A stretch of 60,534 nt of DNA, from positions 1-60,534 of the forward strand of contig CAMCJW010000001.1 of NCBI GenBank assembly GCA_945875195.1, read 5' to 3'. The notes below the pieces were generated by a model. The model saw only the letters and a program-made list of their open reading frames with translations. It was not told where the DNA came from and ran no database searches. Both the position numbers and the translations under genes were made by a program. This stretch comes from Chitinophaga pinensis (GTDB lineage Bacteria; Bacteroidota; Bacteroidia; UKL13-3). Shown here piece after piece: positions 1 through 9,776 of the stretch (position 1 is its first letter; each line of letters opens with the position of its first letter).

Positions 1-169
1 GGTGTAAAACAGATTCAAATGGCAAAAGAGTTCAGAGAATTTAGAGTATGTTAAGAAATAATCACAATTAGATTTCGCAAATCCCTTTTTCAAATTAAAT
101 TTGCATAATTTATACCTATACCTCAAATGAGGTGTTTCAATTTGTAAAAACTAATTTCATCTAGATAAA

Positions 170-2989
170 ATGCCAAAAGATAGCAGTATTCGTTCAGTCC
201 TACTTATAGGTAGTGGTCCAATCATCATTGGTCAAGCATGTGAATTTGATTATAGTGGAAGCCAAGCCGCGAGATCACTTAAAGAAGAGGGTATCAAAGT
301 TATTCTTATCAATAGCAACCCTGCTACTATCATGACCGACCCAGTTACGGCAGATCATGTGTATTTACTGCCGCTGAATCCTGCATCTATTGAACAAATA
401 TTAACCGAGCACCAAATAGATGCGGTATTACCAACAATGGGTGGTCAAACAGCCTTGAACCTAGCCATTGAATGTGATGAGATGGGCTTATGGAAAAAAT
501 ACAATGTGCGCATGATTGGCGTTGACATAGATGCCATAGAAACAACAGAAAACAGGGAGAAATTCCGCCAAAAAATGATTGATATTGGTGTGCCCGTTGC
601 CGATTCTAATGTGGCAAACTCATTCTTGGAAGGCAAAGAGATTGCCCAAAGAATAGGATTTCCATTGGTAATCAGACCATCATACACCTTAGGTGGATCT
701 GGTGGAGGTTTTGTTTGGGTAAAGGAAGAGTTAGATGCAGCATTGCAACGCGGATTAGCGGCTTCGCCAACTCACGAAGTGCTGGTAGAAAAAGCTGTGT
801 TTGGTTGGAAAGAATATGAACTAGAACTCCTAAGGGATCAAAACGATAGTGTGGCCATCATTTGTACCATCGAAAATTTTGACCCAATGGGTATTCATAC
901 AGGAGATTCCATAACTGTTGCTCCTGCCATGACCTTAAGCGATACTGTTTTTCAAAGAATGCGCTCCATGGCCATTCACATGATGCGCTCCATTGGCAAT
1001 TTTGCCGGAGGTTGCAATGTTCAATTTGCAGTGAACCCAGAAGACGAAGCAATTATTTCGGTTGAGATTAACCCAAGGGTTTCTAGGTCATCGGCACTTG
1101 CAAGTAAAGCTACTGGTTACCCTATTGCAAAAATTGCTGCAAAATTGGCAATTGGTTATCATTTAGATGAATTAAAAAACCCTGTTACCAAAACTACTTC
1201 AGCATACTTTGAACCAGCCATAGATTACGTGATTGTAAAAATACCTCGATGGAATTTTGATAAATTTAAAGGCGCAAACAAAACATTGGGCCTACAAATG
1301 AAATCGGTAGGTGAGGTAATGGGTATTGGAAGAACCTTTATTGAAGCTTTACAAAAAGCCACACAAAGCCTAGAAATCAAGCGCAACGGTTTAGGTTCAG
1401 ACGGCTACCAGGAGCGCAACTTGGAAAACATTGTAGATAAATTGAAGAACGCAAGTTGGGACAGGATTTTTGCAGTGAAAGACGCATTGAGCTTAGGAAT
1501 GCCCATATCTTCTGTTGAAAAAATCACTCGAATTGATCGTTGGTTCTTAACGCAGATAAATGATATGGTTCGCTTAGAAAGTGATGCCAAACGTTTTAAC
1601 TTAGCTACCCTGCCAAAAGAGTTAATGGTTGAACTCAAGCAAAAAGGTTACAGTGATATTCAAGTAGCTTACCTATTAGGTGGCGATACCACAGAAGACA
1701 AAGTTTGGGATTTAAGAAAATCAATGGGCATAAACCGAATTTATAAAATGGTTGATACTTGTGCCGCTGAATTTCCGTCACCAACCAATTATTTCTATTC
1801 AAGTTTTGATGGAGAAAACGAGAGCATCGTTAGTGATAAAAAGAAAGTAATTGTTTTAGGTTCTGGTCCGAACCGAATTGGACAAGGAATAGAATTTGAC
1901 TACAGTTGTGTGCATGGGCTTTTGGCCGCAAAGGAATCTGGTTTTGAAGCCATCATGATTAATTGTAACCCTGAAACGGTAAGTACAGACTTTGATATGG
2001 CAGATAAACTGTACTTTGAGCCTGTATTTTGGGAAGCCTTGAGAGAAATAGTTGAGCTTGAAAAACCAGAGGGCGTAATTGTGCAACTTGGTGGTCAAAC
2101 CGCTTTAAAACTTGCAAGGAAACTGGAGGCCATGGGCGTAAAAATAATTGGGACCAGCTTTGCCAATATGGACATATCTGAAGACAGGGGTTCATTCTCC
2201 GACTTATTAAAAGAGTTGGATATTCCTTACCCAGATTATGGCGTTGCAGAAGATGCAGATGAGGCTGTAGCTGTTGCCAATAAAATTGGCTATCCAGTTT
2301 TGGTGAGACCAAGTTATGTATTGGGTGGGCAAGGAATGAAAATTGTAATCAATGATGAAGATTTAGAGCAAGCAGTCATTTCATTATTAGGTGATTTACC
2401 AGGCAACCGAGTTTTAATTGACCACTTTTTAGATAGGGCAGAGGAAGCAGAAATAGATTTGATTTGTGATGGACAAGATGCACATGTAATTGGCATGATG
2501 GAACACATAGAGCCAGCAGGTATACACAGTGGTGATAGCTATGCTGTATTGCCACCATTTAGCTTGAGCCAACATGTGCAAGAGACTATGGAAAAATATG
2601 CACGCAACCTTGCCATTAAAATGAATATAGTTGGATTGTTGAACATCCAATTTGCCATTAAAAATGAAAAGGTATATGTTATTGAAGCCAATCCAAGAGC
2701 CAGTAGAACCGTGCCATTCATAGCTAAGGCTTACCAAATTCCATACATTAACATTGCTACCAAAATAATGCTTGGAGCCAACAAACTACAGGACTTTAAA
2801 TTTGAAAGGAAGTTAGTTGGTTATGCCATCAAAGAACCAGTATTTTCATACGAGAAATTCCCGGAGGTAAAGAAAGAACTTGGACCAGAAATGAAATCAA
2901 CCGGAGAGGCTATTCGTTTTATCAAAGACTTACAAGACCCTTATTTTAGACATTTGTACAAGGAAAAGAGTATGTACTTGAGTAAATAA
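170..2989 (+). CDS. carB: Carbamoyl-phosphate synthase large subunit
   Basis: 939-aa ORF with two ATP-grasp halves. Each opens with a GSGPxxIGQxxEFDYS block (VLLIGSGPIIIGQACEFDYS near res 10, VIVLGSGPNRIGQGIEFDYS near res 562). The protein ends soon after the second synthetase half. Confidence 0.95.
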   Translation: MPKDSSIRSVLLIGSGPIIIGQACEFDYSGSQAARSLKEEGIKVILINSNPATIMTDPVTADHVYLLPLNPASIEQILTEHQIDAVLPTMGGQTALNLAIECDEMGLWKKYNVRMIGVDIDAIETTENREKFRQKMIDIGVPVADSNVANSFLEGKEIAQRIGFPLVIRPSYTLGGSGGGFVWVKEELDAALQRGLAASPTHEVLVEKAVFGWKEYELELLRDQNDSVAIICTIENFDPMGIHTGDSITVAPAMTLSDTVFQRMRSMAIHMMRSIGNFAGGCNVQFAVNPEDEAIISVEINPRVSRSSALASKATGYPIAKIAAKLAIGYHLDELKNPVTKTTSAYFEPAIDYVIVKIPRWNFDKFKGANKTLGLQMKSVGEVMGIGRTFIEALQKATQSLEIKRNGLGSDGYQERNLENIVDKLKNASWDRIFAVKDALSLGMPISSVEKITRIDRWFLTQINDMVRLESDAKRFNLATLPKELMVELKQKGYSDIQVAYLLGGDTTEDKVWDLRKSMGINRIYKMVDTCAAEFPSPTNYFYSSFDGENESIVSDKKKVIVLGSGPNRIGQGIEFDYSCVHGLLAAKESGFEAIMINCNPETVSTDFDMADKLYFEPVFWEALREIVELEKPEGVIVQLGGQTALKLARKLEAMGVKIIGTSFANMDISEDRGSFSDLLKELDIPYPDYGVAEDADEAVAVANKIGYPVLVRPSYVLGGQGMKIVINDEDLEQAVISLLGDLPGNRVLIDHFLDRAEEAEIDLICDGQDAHVIGMMEHIEPAGIHSGDSYAVLPPFSLSQHVQETMEKYARNLAIKMNIVGLLNIQFAIKNEKVYVIEANPRASRTVPFIAKAYQIPYINIATKIMLGANKLQDFKFERKLVGYAIKEPVFSYEKFPEVKKELGPEMKSTGEAIRFIKDLQDPYFRHLYKEKSMYLSK

Positions 2990-3015
2990 CGGTGGGATAA
3001 AAAATAAAATTGCTT

Positions 3016-3534
3016 TTAATCAAACAAGTTTTCAGGCTCTGGCACTTTAAAAACAAGTTTATTGGTTCCAATAAAGTTCAAAAAAATGTTGATGAAAATG
3101 GCCAATAAGTTTGAAACCAATGGGCCGTTTTGTTTCAGAAACAAAGACAACTGCGTTAAATCCAAATTCTGAGCCCATGCAGCAAACCACTCATTTGGAT
3201 GCAACCAATGATCAAAAAGAAAGTTAAGTAACAAGAAAATGACTAGGGTTACACCATAAACCAAAATATACTTTAATAGGTATTTCTCATCTTCTTCGGT
3301 ATGTTCTATGTAGGTCCAAAATTTGTTTAAAGTAAATCCAACAAAGAAGCCCATTACATATCCAATTGCTTTGGATATTAGATTTAAGGCCGGGTATTGC
3401 AATGATATTAGCCAAAATACACCAAGACTAACGCATGCGCTGGTTGCTCCAACAATTCCAAATTTTAAGAATTTCTTGGCTGTAGGATATTGTCTTATCC
3501 ATTTTCGAAAATGTTGTATTGGCTCTAAAAACAT
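3016..3534 (-). CDS. GtrA-family membrane protein
   Basis: 172 aa, four hydrophobic helices. N-terminal KFLKFGIVGATSACVSLGVFWL block is typical of GtrA-like proteins. Confidence 0.65.
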   Translation of the reverse strand: MFLEPIQHFRKWIRQYPTAKKFLKFGIVGATSACVSLGVFWLISLQYPALNLISKAIGYVMGFFVGFTLNKFWTYIEHTEEDEKYLLKYILVYGVTLVIFLLLNFLFDHWLHPNEWFAAWAQNLDLTQLSLFLKQNGPLVSNLLAIFINIFLNFIGTNKLVFKVPEPENLFD

Positions 3535-3595
3535 ATCGGTTCGAAAATAAATAAATACTTATCTAAACTGAGACCATTTAAATAATAAATAAAAA

Positions 3596-4303
3596 TTAAA
3601 GAAAACCGCTGTCAGAAAAGCTAAAATACTGGTTATTCCCAATAATTAGATGATCAGTTACAGCTATATCTAACAAACGCCCTGCTTCTTTAAGTTTATT
3701 TGTAATTTCACGGTCTTGTATACTGGGATTTAAATTCCCAGAAGGATGATTGTGACATAAGATTATACTGCTTGCAACATGGTCTAAAGCCACTTTAAAA
3801 ATAATTTTTGGATCAACCACAGTGCCAGCAACTCCGCCAATACTAATACGCTTTTGAGCTATCACCAAATTATTTCTATTGAGTAATAAAACCCAAAACT
3901 CTTCATGCTGATAATCTTCCATTAATGGCTCAAAGTATAAAAAAGCATCGTGGCTTGAAACAATTTTGACGGTTTTACGAGCTTCTTCTTCCCTCCTCCT
4001 TTTTCCTAATTCCAATGCTGCGCAGAGGGTTATTGCCTTTGCTTCGCCAATTCCCTTGATAGCAGTTAAATCAGAAATTGTCATTCTGCTCAAATCTCTC
4101 ATACTGTGATTAGCTAATTGCAAAATTTCCTGACCCAACTGCAAGGCAGAGGCATTTTTATTGCCGCTTCCAATCAATATTGCCAAAAGCTCAGCATGGC
4201 TCAAGGCTCTTGCGCCACTTAGTAATAATTTCTCTCTTGGTCGTTCGTCTTCGGCCAATTGTTTTATTCCAAAAAAAGGGGATTTTAATTGTTCCATGCC
4301 CAA
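3596..4303 (-). CDS. radC: RadC-like JAB-domain protein (UPF0758)
   Basis: N-terminal ERPREKLL..GARALSHAELLAILIGSG helix-hairpin-helix region and C-terminal ILCHNHPSG JAMM-like motif. Confidence 0.85.
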   Translation of the reverse strand: MGMEQLKSPFFGIKQLAEDERPREKLLLSGARALSHAELLAILIGSGNKNASALQLGQEILQLANHSMRDLSRMTISDLTAIKGIGEAKAITLCAALELGKRRREEEARKTVKIVSSHDAFLYFEPLMEDYQHEEFWVLLLNRNNLVIAQKRISIGGVAGTVVDPKIIFKVALDHVASSIILCHNHPSGNLNPSIQDREITNKLKEAGRLLDIAVTDHLIIGNNQYFSFSDSGFL

Positions 4304-4405
4304 AGGTAGGCATCTATAAAAGTAATGCCAAAAACTGCCACAACTTAAATCCTATAAATCAGATGCTTATTAACAATTAAGTCCTAATGCTTTGCCGAAA
4401 ATACA

Positions 4406-4436
4406 AACAAAAAAAGCCCCCGAAATTCGGAGGCTT
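4406..4436 (-). terminator. Rho-independent terminator downstream of rpsT
   Basis: GC-rich hairpin AGCCCCCG-aaatt-CGGAGGCT (4415-4435). On the minus strand it is followed by a T-run (A-run 4409-4414 on plus). Confidence 0.6.
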
Positions 4437-4458
4437 TTTCTATAATTGAATTAATTAT

Positions 4459-4785
4459 TTATTTCTTTTTGCTTTTGGATACAACTTTCTTAGCTGCTTT
4501 TGGCGCAGCTTTTTTTACTGCAGCAACTTCTGTTCCTACTTTATTAACCACTTTTGCCAATTTAGATTTTTGGTTAGCTGCTTTATTCTTGTGAATAATA
4601 CTACGTTTAGCCAATTTATCTAACATAGAACTCACTTCCACTAACAAAGCTGCTGCTTCACTTTTTACAGTTGATTCACGCAGGCGTTTTGCCAATGTAC
4701 GAGTTGTTTTTGCTTGGTAACGATTACGTAAACGCTTAGTTGCGTTGTTTCTAATTCTTTTCTTTGCTGAGCTATGATTTGCCAT
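4459..4785 (-). CDS. rpsT: 30S ribosomal protein S20 with Lys/Ala-rich C-terminal tail
   Basis: MANHSSAKKRIRNNATKRLRNRYQ N-terminus is canonical S20. The last ~25 aa are AKK-rich. Confidence 0.9.
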   Translation of the reverse strand: MANHSSAKKRIRNNATKRLRNRYQAKTTRTLAKRLRESTVKSEAAALLVEVSSMLDKLAKRSIIHKNKAANQKSKLAKVVNKVGTEVAAVKKAAPKAAKKVVSKSKKK

Positions 4786-4888
4786 GTTCTATATACTTAT
4801 CTTTTTATTTTTCCTCGTGATGCACTCAAAAGGGAGGGCAAATATAGGCATTTGTGTATTAAATCAAAAGTTCAATTAAAAATTATCC

Positions 4889-5215
4889 TCAAACTGAGAA
4901 GCTTTCACCGCAACTGCATGTGCGTGAGGCATTTGGATTGTTGAAAGTAAATCCTTTTCCATTTAAGCCATCTGTAAAATCCAATTCTGTACCAAAAAGA
5001 TAAAGAACTGACCGCTTATCGGTTACTACTTTTACCCCATTATGGTCAAAAATTTCATCGCCAGTTTTGGCTTCATTGTCAAAATCAAGCTTATAAGATA
5101 AGCCTGAACATCCTCCACTATCAACGCCTACTCTTAAAAAATAGGAAGCATCGTAGTGGTTTTCATCTATAAGTTGCGCTATGCGCGTTTTTGCTTTTTC
5201 GCTAACAGTTATCAT
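4889..5215 (-). CDS. HesB/IscA-family iron-sulfur cluster insertion protein (ErpA-like)
   Basis: 108 aa with GCSGLSYKLDF block and C-terminal CSCGESF cysteine motif. Confidence 0.85.
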   Translation of the reverse strand: MITVSEKAKTRIAQLIDENHYDASYFLRVGVDSGGCSGLSYKLDFDNEAKTGDEIFDHNGVKVVTDKRSVLYLFGTELDFTDGLNGKGFTFNNPNASRTCSCGESFSV

Positions 5216-5317
5216 GTGCGGGTATATTTAGGATACAAAATTAAGTTATATTTTTAATAGCAATGCAAGTGCCTAAATAGTTTTTGAGTAAATTTGACAC
5301 ATAAAAGAGAAACAATC

Positions 5318-6166
5318 ATGTCAGATATTACAACTATTGCCATTGCAGGAGCAGGAACTATGGGGAGTGGCATTGCTCAAGTTACTGCCACGGCGGGCTT
5401 TTCAACCATTCTTTTTGATATAAACCCTGTCATGCTGCAAAAGGCAGAAATAGCTATAAAAAAATCATTGCAATTTTTGGTTGAAAAGCAAAAAATTACC
5501 CTAATCCAAAGCATAGCTATTCAAGAAAAGATTAAATATACTTCTGAGATAAACCACCTTGTGGCAGATTTAATTATTGAAGCCGTTGTGGAGCGCTTAG
5601 ATGTTAAACACCAGTTTTTTCAATCAGTTGCAGCTATCAATAAAGAAACTTGCATTTTGGCAACCAATACTTCTTCTATTCCTGTAACACAAATTGCAGC
5701 TAAGATAAATTATCCAGAAAGAGTGGTAGGTATTCATTTCTTTAATCCAGCGCCAATTATGAAATTGGTAGAAATTATTAGTGGAGTTCAAACAAATAAT
5801 GAGGTTGCCCAAACTTGTAAGTTGTTTATTGAAGGAATGGGCAAAACATGCGTTATGGCAAAAGATGCACCTGGCTTTATTGTGAATAGAGTGGCCAGGC
5901 ATTTTTACGTAGAGGGATTGAAAGTACTTGAAGAAAATGTTTGTAGCCTTGAAGATATAGATGCACTCATGGAAAGTAGTGGTTTTAAAATGGGCCCATT
6001 TAGGTTAATGGATTTAATTGGTGTTGATACCAATTTCTCGGTAACTAGCAGTGTTTATGCACTTTTTCATCAGGACAGTAAATTTAGACCAAGCAGAATT
6101 CAACAACAAAAAGTAGATGCTGGTTTTCATGGGAGAAAAACAGGCCGCGGATTTTATGCGTATTGA
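5318..6166 (+). CDS. 3-hydroxyacyl/3-hydroxybutyryl-CoA dehydrogenase
   Basis: IAIAGAGTMGSGIAQV NAD-binding Rossmann motif and FFNPAPIMKLVEI block. The ORF track opens at TTG 5294; the first ATG (5318) gives the usual N-terminus. Confidence 0.85.
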   Translation: MSDITTIAIAGAGTMGSGIAQVTATAGFSTILFDINPVMLQKAEIAIKKSLQFLVEKQKITLIQSIAIQEKIKYTSEINHLVADLIIEAVVERLDVKHQFFQSVAAINKETCILATNTSSIPVTQIAAKINYPERVVGIHFFNPAPIMKLVEIISGVQTNNEVAQTCKLFIEGMGKTCVMAKDAPGFIVNRVARHFYVEGLKVLEENVCSLEDIDALMESSGFKMGPFRLMDLIGVDTNFSVTSSVYALFHQDSKFRPSRIQQQKVDAGFHGRKTGRGFYAY

Positions 6167-6671
6167 TCCAAAAATATTAGGCATTAGACTTGCCACCGAA
6201 GCTGATATTCCAACCATCACAGAAATATACAACGAAGCTGTTTTAAATGGAGTAGCCACATTCGATACCGAAACAAAGAGCATAGAAAACCGCATGGATT
6301 GGTTCAAACAGCGCCAAAAACAACACCCGGTATTTGTGGCATGTGTGGGCGATAAGGTTGCAGCTTGGGCAAGTTTAAATAAATGGAGCGACAGGGCAGC
6401 TTATGATGGAACGGCGGAGGTTTCAATTTATGTTCATGTAAATTTCAAAGGTCAAGGTATAGGTAGTTTATTGTTTGCCGAATTGGTAAATCAAGGAGAA
6501 AAACTTGGTTTGCATTATTTGTTATCGCGCATTTCTCAGGGCAATGATTTAAGCATACGATTGCACCAACGAAACGGATTTACTATTGTGGGCGTTATGC
6601 ATGAAGTGGGACAAAAATTTGGCTCATATGTTGATGTAACACTCATGGAAAAAGTTATTAAAAACAATTAG
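6156..6671 (+). CDS. GNAT N-acetyltransferase (phosphinothricin acetyltransferase-like)
   Basis: IRLATEADIPTITEIYNEAV...ATFDTE and FKGQGIGSLL acetyl-CoA-binding blocks. ATG 6156 overlaps the upstream stop by 11 nt; the track start 6117 is less likely. Confidence 0.75.
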   Translation: MRIDPKILGIRLATEADIPTITEIYNEAVLNGVATFDTETKSIENRMDWFKQRQKQHPVFVACVGDKVAAWASLNKWSDRAAYDGTAEVSIYVHVNFKGQGIGSLLFAELVNQGEKLGLHYLLSRISQGNDLSIRLHQRNGFTIVGVMHEVGQKFGSYVDVTLMEKVIKNN

Positions 6672-6684
6672 GTTCGAACCAAAA

Positions 6685-7188
6685 ATGATGAAAAAAAATA
6701 ATATACTATTTGCAACCTTGTTACTTCTTGTTTGCTTTGCCAATTGTAAAAAGGATGCTAAAAATGTGTCGAACCAAGATTTTTTTCTAGCAGTTAATGT
6801 TGACTTCTATATTAATCTTGATTTGCCGCTAAACGCAGATTTAAATTTTCCAAATGGGTATGCTTATCAAGCAGGTTATGGTTATAGAAACAGGGGAGTT
6901 ATTGTATACAATACCGGTTTTTCTGGACCAGATCAATACGTTGCATTTGATAGGTCTTGTCCATACAAAGTAGATAGCTCCTGTAGCATAGTAAGCGTTG
7001 ATAGTTCAACCTTGTATTATCGTTGTGGGCAATTTACTGGAAGTGGAGGTAAGTTTACACCTTGCTGCAATTCAAGGTTTATTGCAGGAAATGGAGGTCA
7101 GGTATCTGGGCCAGCAGATAGGGGCTTGAAACAATATTATGTAAGTGTATTTGGCAGGCAATTGCGAGTTACAAATACACCTCAATAA
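6685..7188 (+). CDS. Lipoprotein with Rieske-like fold lacking the His ligands
   Basis: Signal peptide plus lipobox (LLVCFANC). C-terminal half has Rieske-like spacing, with CPY and CCNSRF in place of CPH and CPxHGSxF. Confidence 0.5.
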   Translation: MMKKNNILFATLLLLVCFANCKKDAKNVSNQDFFLAVNVDFYINLDLPLNADLNFPNGYAYQAGYGYRNRGVIVYNTGFSGPDQYVAFDRSCPYKVDSSCSIVSVDSSTLYYRCGQFTGSGGKFTPCCNSRFIAGNGGQVSGPADRGLKQYYVSVFGRQLRVTNTPQ

Positions 7189-7210
7189 AAAGGGGCCTTT
7201 CGGCCCCAAT
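7189..7210. terminator. Shared hairpin terminator between convergent genes
   Basis: GGGGCC-tttc-GGCCCC (7192-7207), flanked by an A-run upstream on the plus strand. Confidence 0.5.
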
Positions 7211-7225
7211 TAAACCCCCAAAACC

Positions 7226-8707
7226 CTACTTCTTTTTCCTTACTTCGTAGTTCAAACTTTTATTGCACTTTTGCATCATTTTCATATCATCTTTGCTCAT
7301 GGTTTCTGCCCTTTGTATGCTTTTGGCATAATTTTGATTGATTGAATCTTGGCGTTGGAGTTCATAACTTCCGGGTAATTTCTTTCTTTTATCCTTTAAA
7401 TAAACCTCATTTTCACTAACAATCTTCCTAGCTTTATCATATTCACCCTTATCAACGGCTTTCATGGCCTCATCCATTTTTTCATTAGATTCGAACAAGG
7501 CAATTTGTTGCAAAACAAATTTGTTAGAACCCTGCTCTCTTTCTGATTCCAAAATAGTACCCTTTACTTCTGAGGACAGAACAGAGGCAATAGCTGGCAC
7601 CGACTCCATGGTGGCATCATCGTATTTTAAATGGGCTTTAATTTCAAATGTTTTATTGAAATTTGGCGGCACATTATATTTTATCAAAACTGCCTTGGTT
7701 TCCTCTGAAAATAGGTCTTTAAAATTAATTTCAATCTGATGATTTGAATAGGTAAATGGATAACCATAAACCTTATCAAGACTTGCTTCCAAAGGCAAAT
7801 CAATCATTAGTTTGGTGTTTTGGGCAACAACACTCAATAAGCCTTTCATTTCTTTTTGAAAGATTCCTGGAATTTTATCAGGAGAGGCAATAAAATAATA
7901 ATTACCACTTCCAAATTCAGCAAGATTTTGCAAAAGGTCTTCATTGTAATCATTTCCTACACCAAAGGTTGAAAGACTTATAGATTCATCTTTTAACCTG
8001 CTGGCAACAATTGCCTCCAATCTATTGGGTTCGGTTATTCCTTGATTGGCTAAGCCATCTGTTAACAGTAAAACGCGGTTCATAAAACCAGGCTTAAAGG
8101 TGCTCTTTACTTCTTTAAATCCATCAATCATGCCTCCACTTAAGTTGGTACTTCCATCAGATTCTATCGTATTTATTAACGTTTTAACTTGCTGCTTGTT
8201 GATGATTTTACTCGATGGGTAGAGTACTTTAACCTCAGTATCATAAATTACAATTGATAAATAATCTTCAGGACTTAAATTATCTACCACAAACGATGCG
8301 GCTTTTTTTACATAAGCTATTTTGTCGCCTTCCATTGACCCACTTCTATCTATTACCAATGAAATATTTAAGGGGGTTCTTTTTTTATTTGGATCAGGCA
8401 AATACTGACCTGCCTTTAATTCTGCATAAAAATACCCACTCTGCTTGTTTAAACTATTTTTAATAAAATAATTATTATCACTTGCTACCGAAAACCGAAT
8501 CAATTTCGTTTCAGTATGGGCAACCGTGGTATTAGTATCTTCGACAAAACTCTGGGTTAAAGTTGGCAGAATAGTTGCTTCTTGAAGATTATTATCTTGG
8601 AGAGGTTGAGCCATATTTTGGCTTAAAAAAGAAGAGCCAAAATAAACCAAAAGACCAGTTGTAAGGGTGAGCAATAATGCGCTTAAAATTGATTTGAAGG
8701 TTTTCAT
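7226..8707 (-). CDS. von Willebrand factor type A (VWA) domain protein, N-terminal membrane anchor or signal
   Basis: MIDAS motif DRSGSMEG, later LLLTDGLANQG block, N-terminal hydrophobic segment. Confidence 0.8.
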   Translation of the reverse strand: MKTFKSILSALLLTLTTGLLVYFGSSFLSQNMAQPLQDNNLQEATILPTLTQSFVEDTNTTVAHTETKLIRFSVASDNNYFIKNSLNKQSGYFYAELKAGQYLPDPNKKRTPLNISLVIDRSGSMEGDKIAYVKKAASFVVDNLSPEDYLSIVIYDTEVKVLYPSSKIINKQQVKTLINTIESDGSTNLSGGMIDGFKEVKSTFKPGFMNRVLLLTDGLANQGITEPNRLEAIVASRLKDESISLSTFGVGNDYNEDLLQNLAEFGSGNYYFIASPDKIPGIFQKEMKGLLSVVAQNTKLMIDLPLEASLDKVYGYPFTYSNHQIEINFKDLFSEETKAVLIKYNVPPNFNKTFEIKAHLKYDDATMESVPAIASVLSSEVKGTILESEREQGSNKFVLQQIALFESNEKMDEAMKAVDKGEYDKARKIVSENEVYLKDKRKKLPGSYELQRQDSINQNYAKSIQRAETMSKDDMKMMQKCNKSLNYEVRKKK

Positions 8708-8860
8708 AACATTAGATATTATGCGAAAAAACGCCGCAAAGTTGGCATTATTGCCTTATCTAAATTTTATGCGTTAAATTTAACCAAATTAGGAGATAAG
8801 CCTTTCTTTAAAAATTCTTCAAAAGATTCATTTGTTTATAAAAAGCAGAAAAAACTTATC

Positions 8861-9766
8861 TTAATCCTCCTCTGCAAGTAATGCCGCTTTTACTTTTTGC
8901 AACTCTGCTAATTGTTCTTTATTTACTTTTGGGTAACTCAATTTTAACTTTTCAAATTCAAAAAATATGACTGAACCTAAGCAAAGACGCGTAAACCATT
9001 TATCGTCTGCAGGCAATACATACCAAGGAGCCACATCTGTTGAAGTTGCACTCAACATTTCTTCATAAGCACTTTGATATTCATCCCAATGCAATCTTTC
9101 TTTGGTATCTGCCATTGAGAATTTCCAATTCTTTTCTGGACTATCAATTCTATCTAAAAACCGTTTTTTTTGTTCGTCTTTAGATAAGTGAAGGAAAAAC
9201 TTTAAAATCAAAGTACCATTTTCAGAAAGGTTTTTTTCAAACCTATTAATTTGCTTGTATCGCTTTTCCCAGAAAGCCTTGTTAATGTCTTTGAGCCCTT
9301 TTATTTTTGGTAATTTTTCATTTAAAATAAACTCAGGATGCACGCGTGTAACCAAAACGTTTTCGTAGTATGAGCGATTAAAAATTCCAATCTCCCCTTT
9401 TCCAGGTAATTCCTTGTAATGACGCCAAAAATAATCATGATTGAGCTCTAGGTGAGTTGGAGCTTTAAAGCTAGCTATTTTTACACCTTGAGGGTTAAAA
9501 CTAGTCATAACATGCTTTATTGCGCCATCTTTTCCTGCAGCATCCATTGCCTGCAAAATAATCAAGACACTGTGCTTATTTTCTGCATACAGCATGTCTT
9601 GCATTTTTGATAAATGAATTAAACCCGAAGAGAGAATTTCCTCACCTTCCTTTTTGCTTAACATTTTATGGTCGTAATCAGTATCTAGTTTCTTTAATGA
9701 AACTTTTTTTCCCTCTTTAACCAGTAAGGTTTTGAGGTATTGCTGCATATCCTTCCTAATTGCCAT
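8861..9766 (-). CDS. ppk2: Polyphosphate kinase 2 family protein (polyP:nucleotide phosphotransferase)
   Basis: 301 aa with Walker-A-like ILQAMDAAGKDG, and FNRSYYE and LSKDEQKKRF blocks typical of single-domain PPK2. Confidence 0.85.
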   Translation of the reverse strand: MAIRKDMQQYLKTLLVKEGKKVSLKKLDTDYDHKMLSKKEGEEILSSGLIHLSKMQDMLYAENKHSVLIILQAMDAAGKDGAIKHVMTSFNPQGVKIASFKAPTHLELNHDYFWRHYKELPGKGEIGIFNRSYYENVLVTRVHPEFILNEKLPKIKGLKDINKAFWEKRYKQINRFEKNLSENGTLILKFFLHLSKDEQKKRFLDRIDSPEKNWKFSMADTKERLHWDEYQSAYEEMLSATSTDVAPWYVLPADDKWFTRLCLGSVIFFEFEKLKLSYPKVNKEQLAELQKVKAALLAEED

Positions 9767-9776
9767 AATTGTGTTA

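Noticed and set aside
1-54. Possible 3' end of an upstream plus-strand gene (frame 1 reads ...GVKQIQMAKEFREFRVC then stop).
   Set aside because: Only 17 codons are visible and no family is recognisable. It cannot be supported from this window.
445-2737. Nine minus-strand ORFs of 60-117 aa inside carB (445-687, 858-1052, 1405-1638, 1856-2098, 1959-2312, 2314-2508, 2376-2558, 2429-2737, 2539-2721).
   Set aside because: They are entirely antisense to a strongly supported conserved gene, with low-complexity or odd composition and no motifs. They are shadow ORFs.
170-2989. carB appears to lack most of the C-terminal MGS-like allosteric domain (939 aa, against about 1070 aa in E. coli).
   Set aside because: As far as I recall this short form is the normal Bacteroidota version, and both synthetase halves are intact. 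It is probably lineage-typical rather than a truncation.
3596-4303. RadC as a marker of a mobile or defence island.
   Set aside because: It is a single-copy housekeeping-type gene flanked by rpsT and a GtrA-like gene, with no neighbouring defence or mobility genes.
7226-9766. VWA protein plus PPK2 as a functional pair or defence-type module.
   Set aside because: A 153-nt gap separates them, no AAA/MoxR or Bat-type partners are present, and PPK2 is much more tightly linked to cphA.
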